From assembly GCA_030445745.1 (NCBI GenBank), contig JASUTE010000002.1, positions 30,859-94,858 of the forward strand: a DNA stretch of 64,000 nt, given 5' to 3'. The translations under genes and the position numbers were made by a program. Position 1 is the first letter of the stretch, and every line of letters starts with the position of its first letter. Source of the DNA: Candidatus Cloacimonadota bacterium. GTDB taxonomy: Bacteria > Cloacimonadota > Cloacimonadia > Cloacimonadales > TCS61. Of the stretch, positions 1 through 10,700 are shown piece after piece. The notes under the pieces are model-generated. The model searched no databases. It saw nothing but the letters and a program-made list of their open reading frames with translations, and was not told the origin of the DNA.

Positions 1-1831
1 TGCTTCCATACTGGTTTTGCAACCAATTTACTGCTAGCGAGTCAGAAGTTACTATCATATATTCATCTGCTGCCGGTTGTACCCAAAAACTATCTTGATT
101 GCATACTACTAACAAGCTATCCCAATCCTCGATGATATAGTTTTGCTTCAATTCTATCCATTCCGGTTCTTCGGGAAATGGGTCGAACATAATTTCGTTA
201 ACCACTATCGGTAAGGCGTTTTGATTGTAAAAGCTATAGGCTGTATCGTTTTCAGGTACTACATCCTGGACAGAATTAACCTGGTATTTAAATACATAAT
301 AGCCTTCATTAGGTAAGTTAGAATTAAAAGTAAATTGCAAACTATCTTCTATCTCTAAATTAAACTCTTCTAAAAGTTGGAAAGCAGCTGCATTTTGCGC
401 AAGAAAACAGTTTAGCTCGGCATTATTAATTAGATTAAGGCCAATATTTTTTAGTAAAATGCTATGTTGGAGCTGCTGGTTTTGCAATTGTATAGATGCA
501 GAACAAATAGTTAGGTCGCTGGCAGCGGGTAACACACTGTTGGCAGCGGCCGGAGTAGCTCCCAATTCTGCTAAAGACGGTAACCACTGTATTTCTTCAT
601 CAGAGTATGGGTTCACTCTCTCCAAGCTATTTCCCTCAGTTTCACCTGAACCTTCATAGAACATGCTGTCTAAAATTGTTTGGCAATCATCTTTAATTAC
701 CAAATTTTCTTCTCCATTATTCAGAGTTGTCCAAGTATTTGCCTGAATCACTTTGGAAGAATCTAGCGAATTATAGATAGATAAGAGTTCAGCTTTATTT
801 TCACTTACTACCGCATAATCATAAATATTTCCCCTAAACTCTATTTCTCTCTCTGCAGCATCGATTATCCGCAAGTTATCCACATTGTATTCACAACCAT
901 CTCGCACGTATAGTTCAAGCCATTCAGGTTCATTTTCGCTTGGATCAAACATTACCTCGTTGATGATAATGGGTGAGCTTTGAAAAATTAGGGACGCGGT
1001 GGATATATTATTTTCTAAGTTGCTATCCTGTAGATAGTTAAGCTCTGCAGTGAAGTAGTAATACCCTGATTCATCAACAAAAAATACCTGCTCAAAAATA
1101 TAAGACTCTCCTGCCGATATTTCAGGTAAGGTAACCTCTTCAGTACTCAACTGATTACATCTAATTTCCAGTGAAGCTTGGTAGTTATCCACAGGCTGTG
1201 TGGATAAGTTTATAACTTCTAGCTGTAATTGAAGTTGCCCCTCATTTTGTTCAATTTGTAAAACTTCAACAGCCAAATCTATAGGATAGAAATTGGCAGA
1301 GCCAGGAGTTGGATCTTCACATTCAAACAAATCTTCCTGACAATTATCGGTATCGACTCCATTTTCTTTCCGAGCTAAGCTGTTACCGGCTTTCACATCA
1401 GGAGCAAAATTTTGACCAGGTTGGAATAAATCACTTGGTAATTCATTACTGTTAGGTGCATCATACAGAAAGGTATCAGTATAATCTCCAGAAGATGAAA
1501 GTAAGCGTACACCATCGGTACAACTTCCGCCATTTTGCAATGATAGGTTGGTAATAATATCAGCTTCATCAACGTTGTTTTCACCAATCAGTAAAAAAGA
1601 GTGCGCTTCCAATGTATAGCTAGGAAAAGTATAAAAATTTTCAAATTGTGAACCAGCTTTTTGCAGCTGCCAACCTTGTAATTGTAGGTTGGTATCTGCA
1701 TTGTTGTATAGTTCTATCCACTCGTAGCCGGAATCTGCTCCTTCCGGATCGTACAAAATTTCATTTATCACAACTTCTGCACTTAACCAACTCACAATCA
1801 CGGTCACCATAATAATTACAGTGGTTTTCAT
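1..1831 (-). CDS. Secreted lamin-tail-domain (LTD) repeat protein; C-terminus cut off by the window edge
   Basis: My own translation of the minus strand from the ATG at 1831 gives MKTTVIIMVTVIVSWLSAEVVINEILYDPEG..YEWIELYN. The frame stays open to position 2 (..EYMIVTSDSLAVNWLQNQYGS). The N-terminus looks like a signal peptide. The motif INE(I/V)(L/M)(Y/F)DP...EW(I/L)EL occurs three times, which is the LTD signature. It is missing from the ORF track because no stop codon falls inside the window. Confidence 0.7.
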   Translation of the reverse strand, partial: MKTTVIIMVTVIVSWLSAEVVINEILYDPEGADSGYEWIELYNNADTNLQLQGWQLQKAGSQFENFYTFPSYTLEAHSFLLIGENNVDEADIITNLSLQNGGSCTDGVRLLSSSGDYTDTFLYDAPNSNELPSDLFQPGQNFAPDVKAGNSLARKENGVDTDNCQEDLFECEDPTPGSANFYPIDLAVEVLQIEQNEGQLQLQLEVINLSTQPVDNYQASLEIRCNQLSTEEVTLPEISAGESYIFEQVFFVDESGYYYFTAELNYLQDSNLENNISTASLIFQSSPIIINEVMFDPSENEPEWLELYVRDGCEYNVDNLRIIDAAEREIEFRGNIYDYAVVSENKAELLSIYNSLDSSKVIQANTWTTLNNGEENLVIKDDCQTILDSMFYEGSGETEGNSLERVNPYSDEEIQWLPSLAELGATPAAANSVLPAASDLTICSASIQLQNQQLQHSILLKNIGLNLINNAELNCFLAQNAAAFQLLEEFNLEIEDSLQFTFNSNLPNEGYYVFKYQVNSVQDVVPENDTAYSFYNQNALPIVVNEIMFDPFPEEPEWIELKQNYIIEDWDSLLVVCNQDSFWVQPAADEYMIVTSDSLAVNWLQNQYGS

Positions 1832-1889
1832 AAAAACTCTCCCTATTTCCAAAATTGAAAAAAAGGAGTGTTTAAGGCAAGCAATTTGT

Positions 1890-3407
1890 TCAAAAAGTAA
1901 AAATATTTTCTATAATATCGGTAGGAATAACTGAAGCCGCCGCCCTTTTTTCACAAATTTTTTCAGCTGTTTTTCCCATTAGATAGGAAGCAGCCGCTGC
2001 TGCTGGCGCTATTGGTAGATTTTGACCAATGAAGGACGTTACTATGCCAGCCAAAACATCTCCACTACCTCCCGTAGCTAAAGCATCATTTCCACTTGTG
2101 TTAAATATCAGCTTGTTGTCGTTAGCAAAAATAGAAGTACAGCTTTTTAGAAGCACGTTTACCTTATATTCCTTAACAAAATTTTGCAATGCTTGCAGAA
2201 TGTCGATTAGCTCTTCCTTATTGCGCCCAATTAAACGACAGAATTCGCCAAGGTGAGGAGTTAATAAAATATTTTTAGTTTTTGCCTTTAGTAATAACTG
2301 TGGTTTTTCTGCTAAAATATTTAATCCGTCAGCATCTATTACAAGCGGTTTATCCCAATTTTCCAGGATAAACTTCATAATTTTCCTAGTAACAGAATTC
2401 ACACCTATCCCTGGCCCAATCAAAAGAGAATCCATAGTAAAAAGTTTTTCTTTAAAATGTTCAAAATCGGTGGAATTCTCTATCTTCTCTTTCCATACTG
2501 GCATCTCGTAGGTCATCACTTCCACAAGCTGAGTCTCGAATATTTGTTGCATACCTGCGGGATGGAATAGAGTGATGAGTCCGCCACCAGCTCTTAGAGC
2601 TGCTCTGCTTGCCATAATAGCTGCGCCAGAAAATCCCGGAGCTCCAGCTATTATTCCAACTCTTCCATAATGCCCCTTATGATAAAACTGTGAACGGTAA
2701 GGAAACTCTACATTATCTTCGGTAACCAAATTAGCCTGGGGCGGATATTGCTGGTAAAGCCTCTCTGGAATTCCAATATCTATGATCTTTAATTCGCCAG
2801 TTGCTATACGGCCTGGCAGTAAAAAATGTCCATATTTCGCTGCCGCCAAAGTTAGAGTATAGTCAGCGTTTATAGCTATATCAGCAGCTCCTGTATCAGC
2901 ATCAACCCCGCTGGCAATATCTATGGCAATTTTCAAGGCTTTTAAATTATTTAAGTCTTCTATCACCTTTGCTCGCCAGCCTTTTACAACTCCCTTGAAA
3001 CCTATTCCAAAAATCGCATCAATTAAATAATCGTAGCAGGCTGCTGGTAATTTCAAGTTTTGCCATTCTTCAACCGAATTCACCTCTTCTATCCTAATTT
3101 TCAGAGCTCTACATTTCTGATAATTTTCATAAGTTTCTGCAGACATCTTAGCAGGTTTTCCCAGTAAAACAATATGTGGTAAATAGCCCCCTTCTTTAAG
3201 ATAACGAGCAATAACAAATCCGTCTCCTCCATTGTTACCATTCCCACAACAAATAAGTACATTAGCTTGTGGCAATAGCAAATTCTTTCTGAGATATTCG
3301 CTACAGCCACAGCCAGCATTCTCCATTAGTGTTGCACTGGGAATTCCAACTTTTCCCATGGTATATTTATCAAAGAAATACATCTCCTGCCGATTTAAAA
3401 TATTCAT
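1890..3407 (-). CDS. nnr: Bifunctional NAD(P)H-hydrate repair enzyme (epimerase plus ADP-dependent dehydratase)
   Basis: 505 aa. N-terminal YjeF_N motif CGNGNNGGDGFV; C-terminal carbohydrate-kinase motif GGSGDVLAG. Confidence 0.9.
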   Translation of the reverse strand: MNILNRQEMYFFDKYTMGKVGIPSATLMENAGCGCSEYLRKNLLLPQANVLICCGNGNNGGDGFVIARYLKEGGYLPHIVLLGKPAKMSAETYENYQKCRALKIRIEEVNSVEEWQNLKLPAACYDYLIDAIFGIGFKGVVKGWRAKVIEDLNNLKALKIAIDIASGVDADTGAADIAINADYTLTLAAAKYGHFLLPGRIATGELKIIDIGIPERLYQQYPPQANLVTEDNVEFPYRSQFYHKGHYGRVGIIAGAPGFSGAAIMASRAALRAGGGLITLFHPAGMQQIFETQLVEVMTYEMPVWKEKIENSTDFEHFKEKLFTMDSLLIGPGIGVNSVTRKIMKFILENWDKPLVIDADGLNILAEKPQLLLKAKTKNILLTPHLGEFCRLIGRNKEELIDILQALQNFVKEYKVNVLLKSCTSIFANDNKLIFNTSGNDALATGGSGDVLAGIVTSFIGQNLPIAPAAAAASYLMGKTAEKICEKRAAASVIPTDIIENIFTF

Positions 3408-3409
3408 AA

Positions 3410-4651
3410 CTACATCCCCTTTATTGGCAAAATTATCTCGAAAACAGTTCCTTTTCCCACTTCACTTTTCAAAACATGAATGCGGCCTTTGTGATACTCT
3501 TCCACAATACGACGTGCCAAACTAAGCCCCAAGCCCCAACCGCGTTGTTTGCTGGTAATTCCAGGATGAAAGATTTTTTTATACATGCTACGCGGCATGC
3601 CAGCGCCTTGATCTTTAATTTGAATATAGAGATAGTGATTTTTTTGAAATGCTGATATTATTATCTGTCCACTTTTGTTCTTCATAGCATCGATGCTGTT
3701 TTTTATCAGATTTTCCAAAGTCCATTTAATTAAATCTGGATCTAATTTATACATTTTCCCCTGAATTTGGCTGTTAAAGAGTAGTTCTATTTTTTGAGAA
3801 ACATGCGGAACCAGTTTTTGAAAATTATCCACAGTTTCAGAAATTATTTTATGTAAATTTACCTCTTTATGGGAAATAGAAGAACCGACTTTCCCAAACC
3901 TGGAGGCAATAAGACGCAGTCTATCCACATCGCTGCGCATACTATCCAGTTCGGATTTCACTCTTTGCGTTTGTGCAGGTGGCAGTTTAGCTTCTAAAAT
4001 ATCGATCCAAGCCAATAATGAAGAGGTAGGAGTTCCAAACTGATGCGCTGTCTCTTTGGCTAACCCAACCCACAGATAACGCTTTTCTGCTTTGCGAATA
4101 TTCATATAACCAATAAATCCTATCAAAATAAACAAGATTATAAGTGGGATTTGAAAATAGGGTATTATTCTTAAATATTTAATTGCTTTTGTTTCACCGT
4201 AGAACACATAGCCATAGATAGTGGGATCGGAAGGAGTTAGTTTGAGTGGAATAACATTATCGTGAGCTTCCATCTTTGCAATTTGTTTCATAACGTAATC
4301 TTGCTGCTCTGCATTTAATTCATCAAAATCTTTCTTTTCTATTCCAATATTTTCCCAGGAAGCAGGTATTTTTTGGGCATCGGTAAAAACCATAGGAAAT
4401 TCAATATTTGTGAGAATTTCCTCACGCACGTATTGTCCCAGGTATTGTTCTACATCCACATTGGTAGGAGCTCCAATATTTTTTGCATATAGATTGGGAA
4501 TAACTTTTATATCATCTCGCACTTGTTGCAGAACCAATATATTGAAAATAGTAAACAGCACTACCAGCAGCATACCACCTGCGAAAACATAGGTAGTTAT
4601 TGCTTTAATCCCTCGGCTTTTCGGTTGCTTTGGCTTTATTCCAGATCTCAT
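3410..4651 (-). CDS. Membrane sensor histidine kinase
   Basis: 413 aa with two TM segments. H-box AHQFGTPTSSL; G-boxes DQGAGMP and GWGLGLSLARRIV. The annotated start overlaps mazG by 47 nt, so the true start may be the internal Met near 4573. Confidence 0.85.
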   Translation of the reverse strand: MRSGIKPKQPKSRGIKAITTYVFAGGMLLVVLFTIFNILVLQQVRDDIKVIPNLYAKNIGAPTNVDVEQYLGQYVREEILTNIEFPMVFTDAQKIPASWENIGIEKKDFDELNAEQQDYVMKQIAKMEAHDNVIPLKLTPSDPTIYGYVFYGETKAIKYLRIIPYFQIPLIILFILIGFIGYMNIRKAEKRYLWVGLAKETAHQFGTPTSSLLAWIDILEAKLPPAQTQRVKSELDSMRSDVDRLRLIASRFGKVGSSISHKEVNLHKIISETVDNFQKLVPHVSQKIELLFNSQIQGKMYKLDPDLIKWTLENLIKNSIDAMKNKSGQIIISAFQKNHYLYIQIKDQGAGMPRSMYKKIFHPGITSKQRGWGLGLSLARRIVEEYHKGRIHVLKSEVGKGTVFEIILPIKGM

Positions 4652-5393
4652 CTAATTGCTCCAAATTACTTTTTTTCATATCTAAGTTATTTTCTTGATG
4701 ATATTTTTCCACCTGTTTAAAACGACGTTCAAATTTACTGATAGTTTCACGCAGGGCTGTTTCGGCGTCAAGTCCGGTTTTGCGAGCTACATTAACTGCG
4801 GAAAACAAAATATCGCCTAACTCCGATTGCATTTTAGCATTATCTCCCATTTGTAGTTCATGTTCGAACTCGAAGATCTCTTCTTTCAATTTTGCAAACG
4901 CTGCCTTGGCTTCATTCCAGTCGAAACCTACTGCTGCTGCTTTTTCCTGCATTCTTTGAGCCACGATAAGCCCTGGCATACTCTTGGGAATTCCGTCTAT
5001 CACAGAACTGCGAGTATGTTTTTTTTCCTGTAATTTTATTGCTTCCCATTTTTGCTTTACTGTTGCCGAATCTTTGGCTTCCGCATTCCCAAAAATATGT
5101 GGATGCCGCCGAATTAACTTAGCATTGATCTTGTTTAGAACTTTTGCCAGGTTAAATTCACCCTCTTCTTCAGCTATTTGGGCCTGCATCACGATGTGTA
5201 ACATCAGATCGCCTAATTCTTCTTCCAAATCTACCATATCATTATTTTCAATAGCTTCTACCACCTCGTAGAGCTCTTCCACGAAATTAGGGATCAGCGA
5301 GCTGTGGGTCTGTTTTATATCCCAAGGGCAGCCTGTTTGCGGGTTGCGCAATTTTTTTACAATCTCTACGAGTTCATCAAATTCCTTCATCAT
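4605..5393 (-). CDS. mazG: Nucleoside triphosphate pyrophosphohydrolase MazG
   Basis: 262 aa with tandem MazG domains. Motifs EELYEVVEAI, ELGDLMLH, HPHIFG and ELGDILFS. Confidence 0.9.
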   Translation of the reverse strand: MMKEFDELVEIVKKLRNPQTGCPWDIKQTHSSLIPNFVEELYEVVEAIENNDMVDLEEELGDLMLHIVMQAQIAEEEGEFNLAKVLNKINAKLIRRHPHIFGNAEAKDSATVKQKWEAIKLQEKKHTRSSVIDGIPKSMPGLIVAQRMQEKAAAVGFDWNEAKAAFAKLKEEIFEFEHELQMGDNAKMQSELGDILFSAVNVARKTGLDAETALRETISKFERRFKQVEKYHQENNLDMKKSNLEQLDEIWNKAKATEKPRD

Positions 5394-6273
5394 CTTCTCC
5401 TAAAAATTCATCTTCTTCTGCTTCCCATTCTTTTTGCATTTTCTTCCCGCGCAAGTATTTTCGAAACCAGCCCAGTAATAAAATAAAGGGTAAAACCAGC
5501 CAAATAAGGCTGCTAAAAGCAATTAAAAGTCCATAAATGAGATGTGTTTTGCTATATTTTTGAAATGTTTGAGAAAACCCAGCAGGGGTAAAATGAAAAC
5601 TTTTAGTGAAAACATCTAAAAAATTACTCGCCGGTTTAGCATTATTCCAAAAACTAATAAACTTCGTTTTTTCTTTGGTAGCCAAATATTTCACAGCTAA
5701 GCCAGATTTGGAATAAAACGCTTGCCATTGCCCTCTATTTTGCGGATACTGATATTGCATCTGCTTCAAAGTTAAGTTAGTTCCCCCAAAATGGTGACGC
5801 ATAAAATTGAATTCTCTGTCAAAACTCATATCATCAGAAAAATAAACCGCCATGCCTTCGTGGAACCATAGCGGAGCATTTTCGAAATAATAATGTACAA
5901 AATGATGAATATATTCGTGCAACAAAATCTGGTTCACTTTACTAAAATTTTGTAAATTGGCAGGATTGCGCAAATAGATAGCGTTATTACTATAAAAAGC
6001 TTGACTAAATTCAATTATTTTACCCTTTGTTTGAGCATAATGTAGATAATCTTTTTCATTAGCGGCAATAATAATTCTTATGGGAAGATCGGGGTATTTT
6101 CCTATTTTTTTCTGAAATTCAAAAATATCTTTCTCGAACCGTGAAACTAAATTTATCACAAGCTGAGGTTTTGTATTTAAATAGTCGACAGTTATATTGT
6201 TGATTTTGTAAACATCGGCAAACAGAGCTGGCAGCAGTAAGATAAACAATGCCAGCCATAATTTAGTTTTCAT
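5377..6273 (-). CDS. Peptidase MA-like zinc metalloprotease with signal peptide, C-terminal TM anchor and acidic tail
   Basis: 298 aa. HEYIHH (HExxH) followed by WFHEGMAVYF, as in the Peptidase_MA_2 family. Hydrophobic N- and C-terminal segments. Confidence 0.5.
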   Translation of the reverse strand: MKTKLWLALFILLLPALFADVYKINNITVDYLNTKPQLVINLVSRFEKDIFEFQKKIGKYPDLPIRIIIAANEKDYLHYAQTKGKIIEFSQAFYSNNAIYLRNPANLQNFSKVNQILLHEYIHHFVHYYFENAPLWFHEGMAVYFSDDMSFDREFNFMRHHFGGTNLTLKQMQYQYPQNRGQWQAFYSKSGLAVKYLATKEKTKFISFWNNAKPASNFLDVFTKSFHFTPAGFSQTFQKYSKTHLIYGLLIAFSSLIWLVLPFILLLGWFRKYLRGKKMQKEWEAEEDEFLGEDDEGI

Positions 6274-6646
6274 GCAGTCTTTTGTTTATTAATTTAATCA
6301 ACTTTTCACTATCGAAGGGCTTGAAGATAACATCTTGTAGCCCCGCTTTTTTTGTATTTACCACTACATGGTTGGGGTCATAGCCAAAGCCGGTCATCAT
6401 TATGATGGGAATTTTCTCGTTGTGCTCGCGAATTCTTTTAAAAAGTTCATAACCATCCATATCAGGCATGGCTATATCGGTGAGCAATAAGCCAATTCCA
6501 TTATTGAAAATATATTTTAGCGCTTGGTAACCTGTAAGAGCGGTAACAACTTCAAAATCTTCGTCAGCCTCTTCCAGTTCAAGTTTCAGGTATTCCAAAA
6601 CGCTAGGTTCGTCATCAACTACTAATATTTTTTTTGTAGACATCAA
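6263..6646 (-). CDS. Stand-alone response-regulator receiver (CheY-like)
   Basis: 127 aa. ILVVDDEP, phospho-acceptor context LLLTDIAMPDMDG, and a conserved Lys in VIFKPF. No output domain. Confidence 0.85.
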   Translation of the reverse strand: MMSTKKILVVDDEPSVLEYLKLELEEADEDFEVVTALTGYQALKYIFNNGIGLLLTDIAMPDMDGYELFKRIREHNEKIPIIMMTGFGYDPNHVVVNTKKAGLQDVIFKPFDSEKLIKLINKRLHEN

Positions 6647-7608
6647 CTCTCCAAATATCCCATATTTTTTAGTTCGTCTAAAGTTTCCTGCTGTTGCTTG
6701 TCAAGCTTTTCTGGCACTGTTCTTTTTAGAAAATTATAGCACCACAGCATTTCATCCAACTGCTCTTTATTCACAGCTAAAATCTCATTTTCCCTATATT
6801 CCGGTAACACCACTGCAAATTCCAAATCAGCAGCTTTTGTCAAAATACCGTTTTCAATTTTATAGGAAGCTCCCGCCAAATTTCCCTTCCAACTTATCTT
6901 CTTAATGGAAAGCAAAAATTGCAGATGCTGGTAATATTCCCTAATAATTTTTATCTGTTTTTTCAGAAGTTCTGCCTGGGAAAATTGTAATTCCGCTAAT
7001 AGCTCCTCCTGTTTTTGTTCTAGTTCTTGCAGCCAGGAAAAATTAGGTCGTAAATAGTATTTTCTTATCAGGTCTTGAACCTTGTGCAACTCCTGAACGC
7101 AGTAACCTAAACATTTATCCTCTTTCAGGCGGTGGCAGGGAAAATCTTCTCCTTCACAGGCCGGAGCTTGCAAAAGTTCGGCAAAACTAGCGATAAGGTC
7201 TAAAATAAAAAAATTACTGCGGAAAGGTCCAATATAGAATTTATCTTTCTGAGTATCCTCAGCAGCCTTAAAATAGGGCACTTTATAAAAATCAATAGCA
7301 AAATAGAAATAGTGCCGCCAGAAATTCAGTTTTTCATTAAATTCTGGCCTTTGTTTATTGATCTGCTCCTTTTCAGTAGCCAATATTTGCAGAGCATTTT
7401 TACCAACATCCCAGTCGATAGTGGTGGTTTGCGAAATAAGCTGAAAAATCACATCAACTTCACTGCTAGCATTAAAAAAATTAGATAAGCTTTTGCGAAT
7501 ATTTCCCGAACGGCGCAAATAAAGTAGCTTATCATCTTTTTTAAAAAAAATTATTCCTATAGTGGCAGGAATTGATTCCAAATTAGCCAATAAATCCTGT
7601 TTTTTCAT
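6643..7608 (-). CDS. UvrC N-terminal-half-like protein (degenerate GIY-YIG, Cys-rich linker, UVR-like helix); Cho-like
   Basis: 321 aa. GIIFFKKDDKLLYLRRSGNIRKSLSNFF resembles the UvrC pattern GVYxFxDxxGxxLYVGKAxNLRxRVxSYF. YIGPFRS..LLQ and C..C..GYC follow, then LQFSQAELLKKQIKIIREY resembles the UVR domain. There is no C-terminal endonuclease or HhH half. Confidence 0.45.
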   Translation of the reverse strand: MKKQDLLANLESIPATIGIIFFKKDDKLLYLRRSGNIRKSLSNFFNASSEVDVIFQLISQTTTIDWDVGKNALQILATEKEQINKQRPEFNEKLNFWRHYFYFAIDFYKVPYFKAAEDTQKDKFYIGPFRSNFFILDLIASFAELLQAPACEGEDFPCHRLKEDKCLGYCVQELHKVQDLIRKYYLRPNFSWLQELEQKQEELLAELQFSQAELLKKQIKIIREYYQHLQFLLSIKKISWKGNLAGASYKIENGILTKAADLEFAVVLPEYRENEILAVNKEQLDEMLWCYNFLKRTVPEKLDKQQQETLDELKNMGYLES

Positions 7609-7758
7609 ATCTTCCTCTTAGTAAAGAATGTTAAGATAAATAGTTTTGTTTTTTCTGCAAACATTATTTAATGTTTACGGGAAATTTTCCCCTCCTATTT
7701 TCCTACTTGACTTTTATATGGAATTCCAAAATTTGTTCATAAAAAGTAAAGAAAGATT

Positions 7759-10700
7759 ATGTTCTATAACCAATTAAGTCCAATTCTATCTAAATCGGGA
7801 TTTGTGAACGAATTTGATAAGCAAATCCAGAATAACAAAAGTGGTGTATTGTTTCATAACTTGAACCGCTCTTTTAAATCTGTTTTAATTAGTAGAATTT
7901 ATCAGCAAAAAGAGAAAAATGTACTGTTTGTAACTAGCGATGACAAATTGGCAGAAGACTATTTGGAAGATTTAGATTTGCTAATAGGCGCAAAGAGTGT
8001 ACATTTTTTACCTGACTACGAAGTACTTCCTTACGAAAAGCGCTCTCCGCATTATTCCATTCGCGCCCAAAGAATTCAAACTTTAGCGGCTGCCTGTAGC
8101 GATAATGCCGGTATTTATGTGCTCTCAATTCGCTCACTTCTTAGGAAAATAGTAGCTAAAAGTATTTTTCAGAAGAATTTAATTCAACTAGAAGTCGGCA
8201 AAGAGTATTCTCCGGAAATTTTAGTTTCCAAGCTAGTTGGAATGGGCTATGAAAATCAGCACCAGGTTTCGCGGGTAGGTGAATTTGCCCGCCGTGGTGG
8301 AATTGTTGACATTTTTTCTCCGCATCTAAATAAACCGATTAGAATAGATTTCTTTGGTGACGAGATAGACACAATGCGAGTGTTTTCGGTAGATTCACAA
8401 CGTTCTACCGGAGAAAAAATAGATAATTTGCTTATCATGCCCTCACGCGAGTTTTCTTTGCATGATATAGAAACAAGTGAAGAGTTATGGGAACGTATTC
8501 ATGAAAATGGCTTCTATGATGGTATTGAGCTGGATTCCCCTTTGTTACTGCCGGAAATTTCGACTTTCTGGGATTATTTTAATAAAGAAAATACTATCGT
8601 GGTGTGGGATGAATTCCAATATGCCAAAACTACCATCACTGAAATATTCGATGAGGTAACTTCACTTTTTCAAAAAGCAAAAAAAGAATCGAAACTCTTA
8701 CCAAAACCAGAGCAGCTTTTTGCCGATCAACAATATCTGAATTCCTCTTTAGATAAATTCTGTGATTATTATTTTAGTTCGCATTATTATGAATCTAAAA
8801 AAATTAGCAAAAAGATAGAAGCTCCTGTCATTTCTCAAACCAATATGCATAGTAATTTGGAACTTTTGGAAGAGGATCTGCAAAATAAATTACAGTCAAA
8901 CTATCGTATTTTTATTCAGTCAGATAACATTAGCCAAAGTAAACGTATGCAAGAATTACTGCCGCAATTTTCCGACAAATTAGATTTCACAATAGGCGTT
9001 TTGCAGCAGGGATTTATACTCAAAGATGCTCAATTGGCAGTTTACACCGACCACGAGATCTTTAGCCGCTATAAAAGAAGGCGGCGCCAGGCACATTTTT
9101 CGCAAAAAGAGGCTCTAGTAGATTATGAATCGCTGAAACCTGGAGATTACGTGGTTCATATCGATCATGGCATCGGAATTTACGAAGGTTTGAAAAAAAT
9201 TAGAGCAGCGGGCAGCCAAATAGAATGCCTTAGCTTGAAATATGCCGAAAAAGACAGAGTTTATATTCCTACTTACCAGCTTAATTTGGTTTCAAAATTC
9301 GTTTCGGAAGAAGGAATTGTACCCACAATTCATAAATTGGGTAGTAAGCGCTGGGAACAAACCAAAAAACGAGCCAAAAAACAGATTGAGTTAGTTGCCA
9401 AAGACCTGGTGAACCTATATGCCGAGCGCAAAATAAAAAAGGGAATTGCTATGGACCCAGACAGCCAGTGGCAGCGTGAAATGGAAGATTCCTTTATCTA
9501 CGAAGATACACCCGATCAAAGACGTAGTGTGGAAGAGATAAAACAAGATATGGAATCGGAAGTGCCAATGGAACGTTTACTTTGTGGTGATGTGGGATTT
9601 GGCAAAACGGAAGTGGCTATTAGAGCCGCTTTCAAAGCTGTGCTAAGTGGATATCAGGTAGCAGTTTTAGTTCCCACAACATTGCTGGCAGAACAGCATT
9701 TTTATGTTTTTCGGGAAAGATTAGCACAATATCCTTTAAAAATCGCTATGTTCAGTCGTTTTCGTTCCCGAGCTAACTTAAATAAAGATCTTGCTCAGAT
9801 CCAACAGGGACAAATCGATATTGCTATTGGCACTCATCGTTTACTTTCCCAGGATGTTCAATTTAAAAACCTGGGTTTACTTATAATTGATGAGGAACAC
9901 CGGTTTGGCGTAAAACACAAAAATAAGCTGCGCAAAATTAAAGCAAATGTAGACACTCTTTATATGTCAGCAACTCCTATTCCACGCACTATGAACATGG
10001 CTCTATCGAAGTTGAAAGAACTATCATTAATTCGTACTTCCCCAAAAGCACGCCTACCCATTCGCACCGTCATTATTCCCTACGATAAAGAAATCATTAA
10101 AGATGCTATAAATAGGGAAATAGACCGAGGTGGTCAGGTTTTCTTTATTCATAATCGTGTACAAACTATCAACAGCGTTACAGCTAAATTGCAAGAGATG
10201 CTGCCTAATGTTCGTTTTGGTATTGGACACGGCCAGCTTTCCGAACGTAAGTTGGAAAAAATAATGCTGGATTTTGCCGAACACAAGTTCGATGTGCTAG
10301 TAGCAACCACTATCATAGAATCCGGCATAGATATTCCCAATGTGAACACGATTTTAGTAAACAGAGCTGACAATTTTGGCTTAGCACAACTGTATCAGAT
10401 TCGCGGGCGCGTGGGCAGAAGTAATCGCAGAGCTTATGCTTACTTTATAATTCCCAATAATTTAACTGAAATTGCCCGCAAGCGACTGGAAACTCTAACT
10501 GAATATGAATCTTTGGGTAGTGGCTACCAAATAGCTATGCGAGATATGGAACTTCGTGGTGCTGGAACTCTTCTGGGAACAAAGCAAAGCGGTATTATCA
10601 ACACCATCGGTTTCAACTATTATAACCGCTTATTGGAAAAGGCGGTAGAAGATATTCAACATAACCGTAAATTAAATTTGGAAACTGAAGAAGATTCCCA

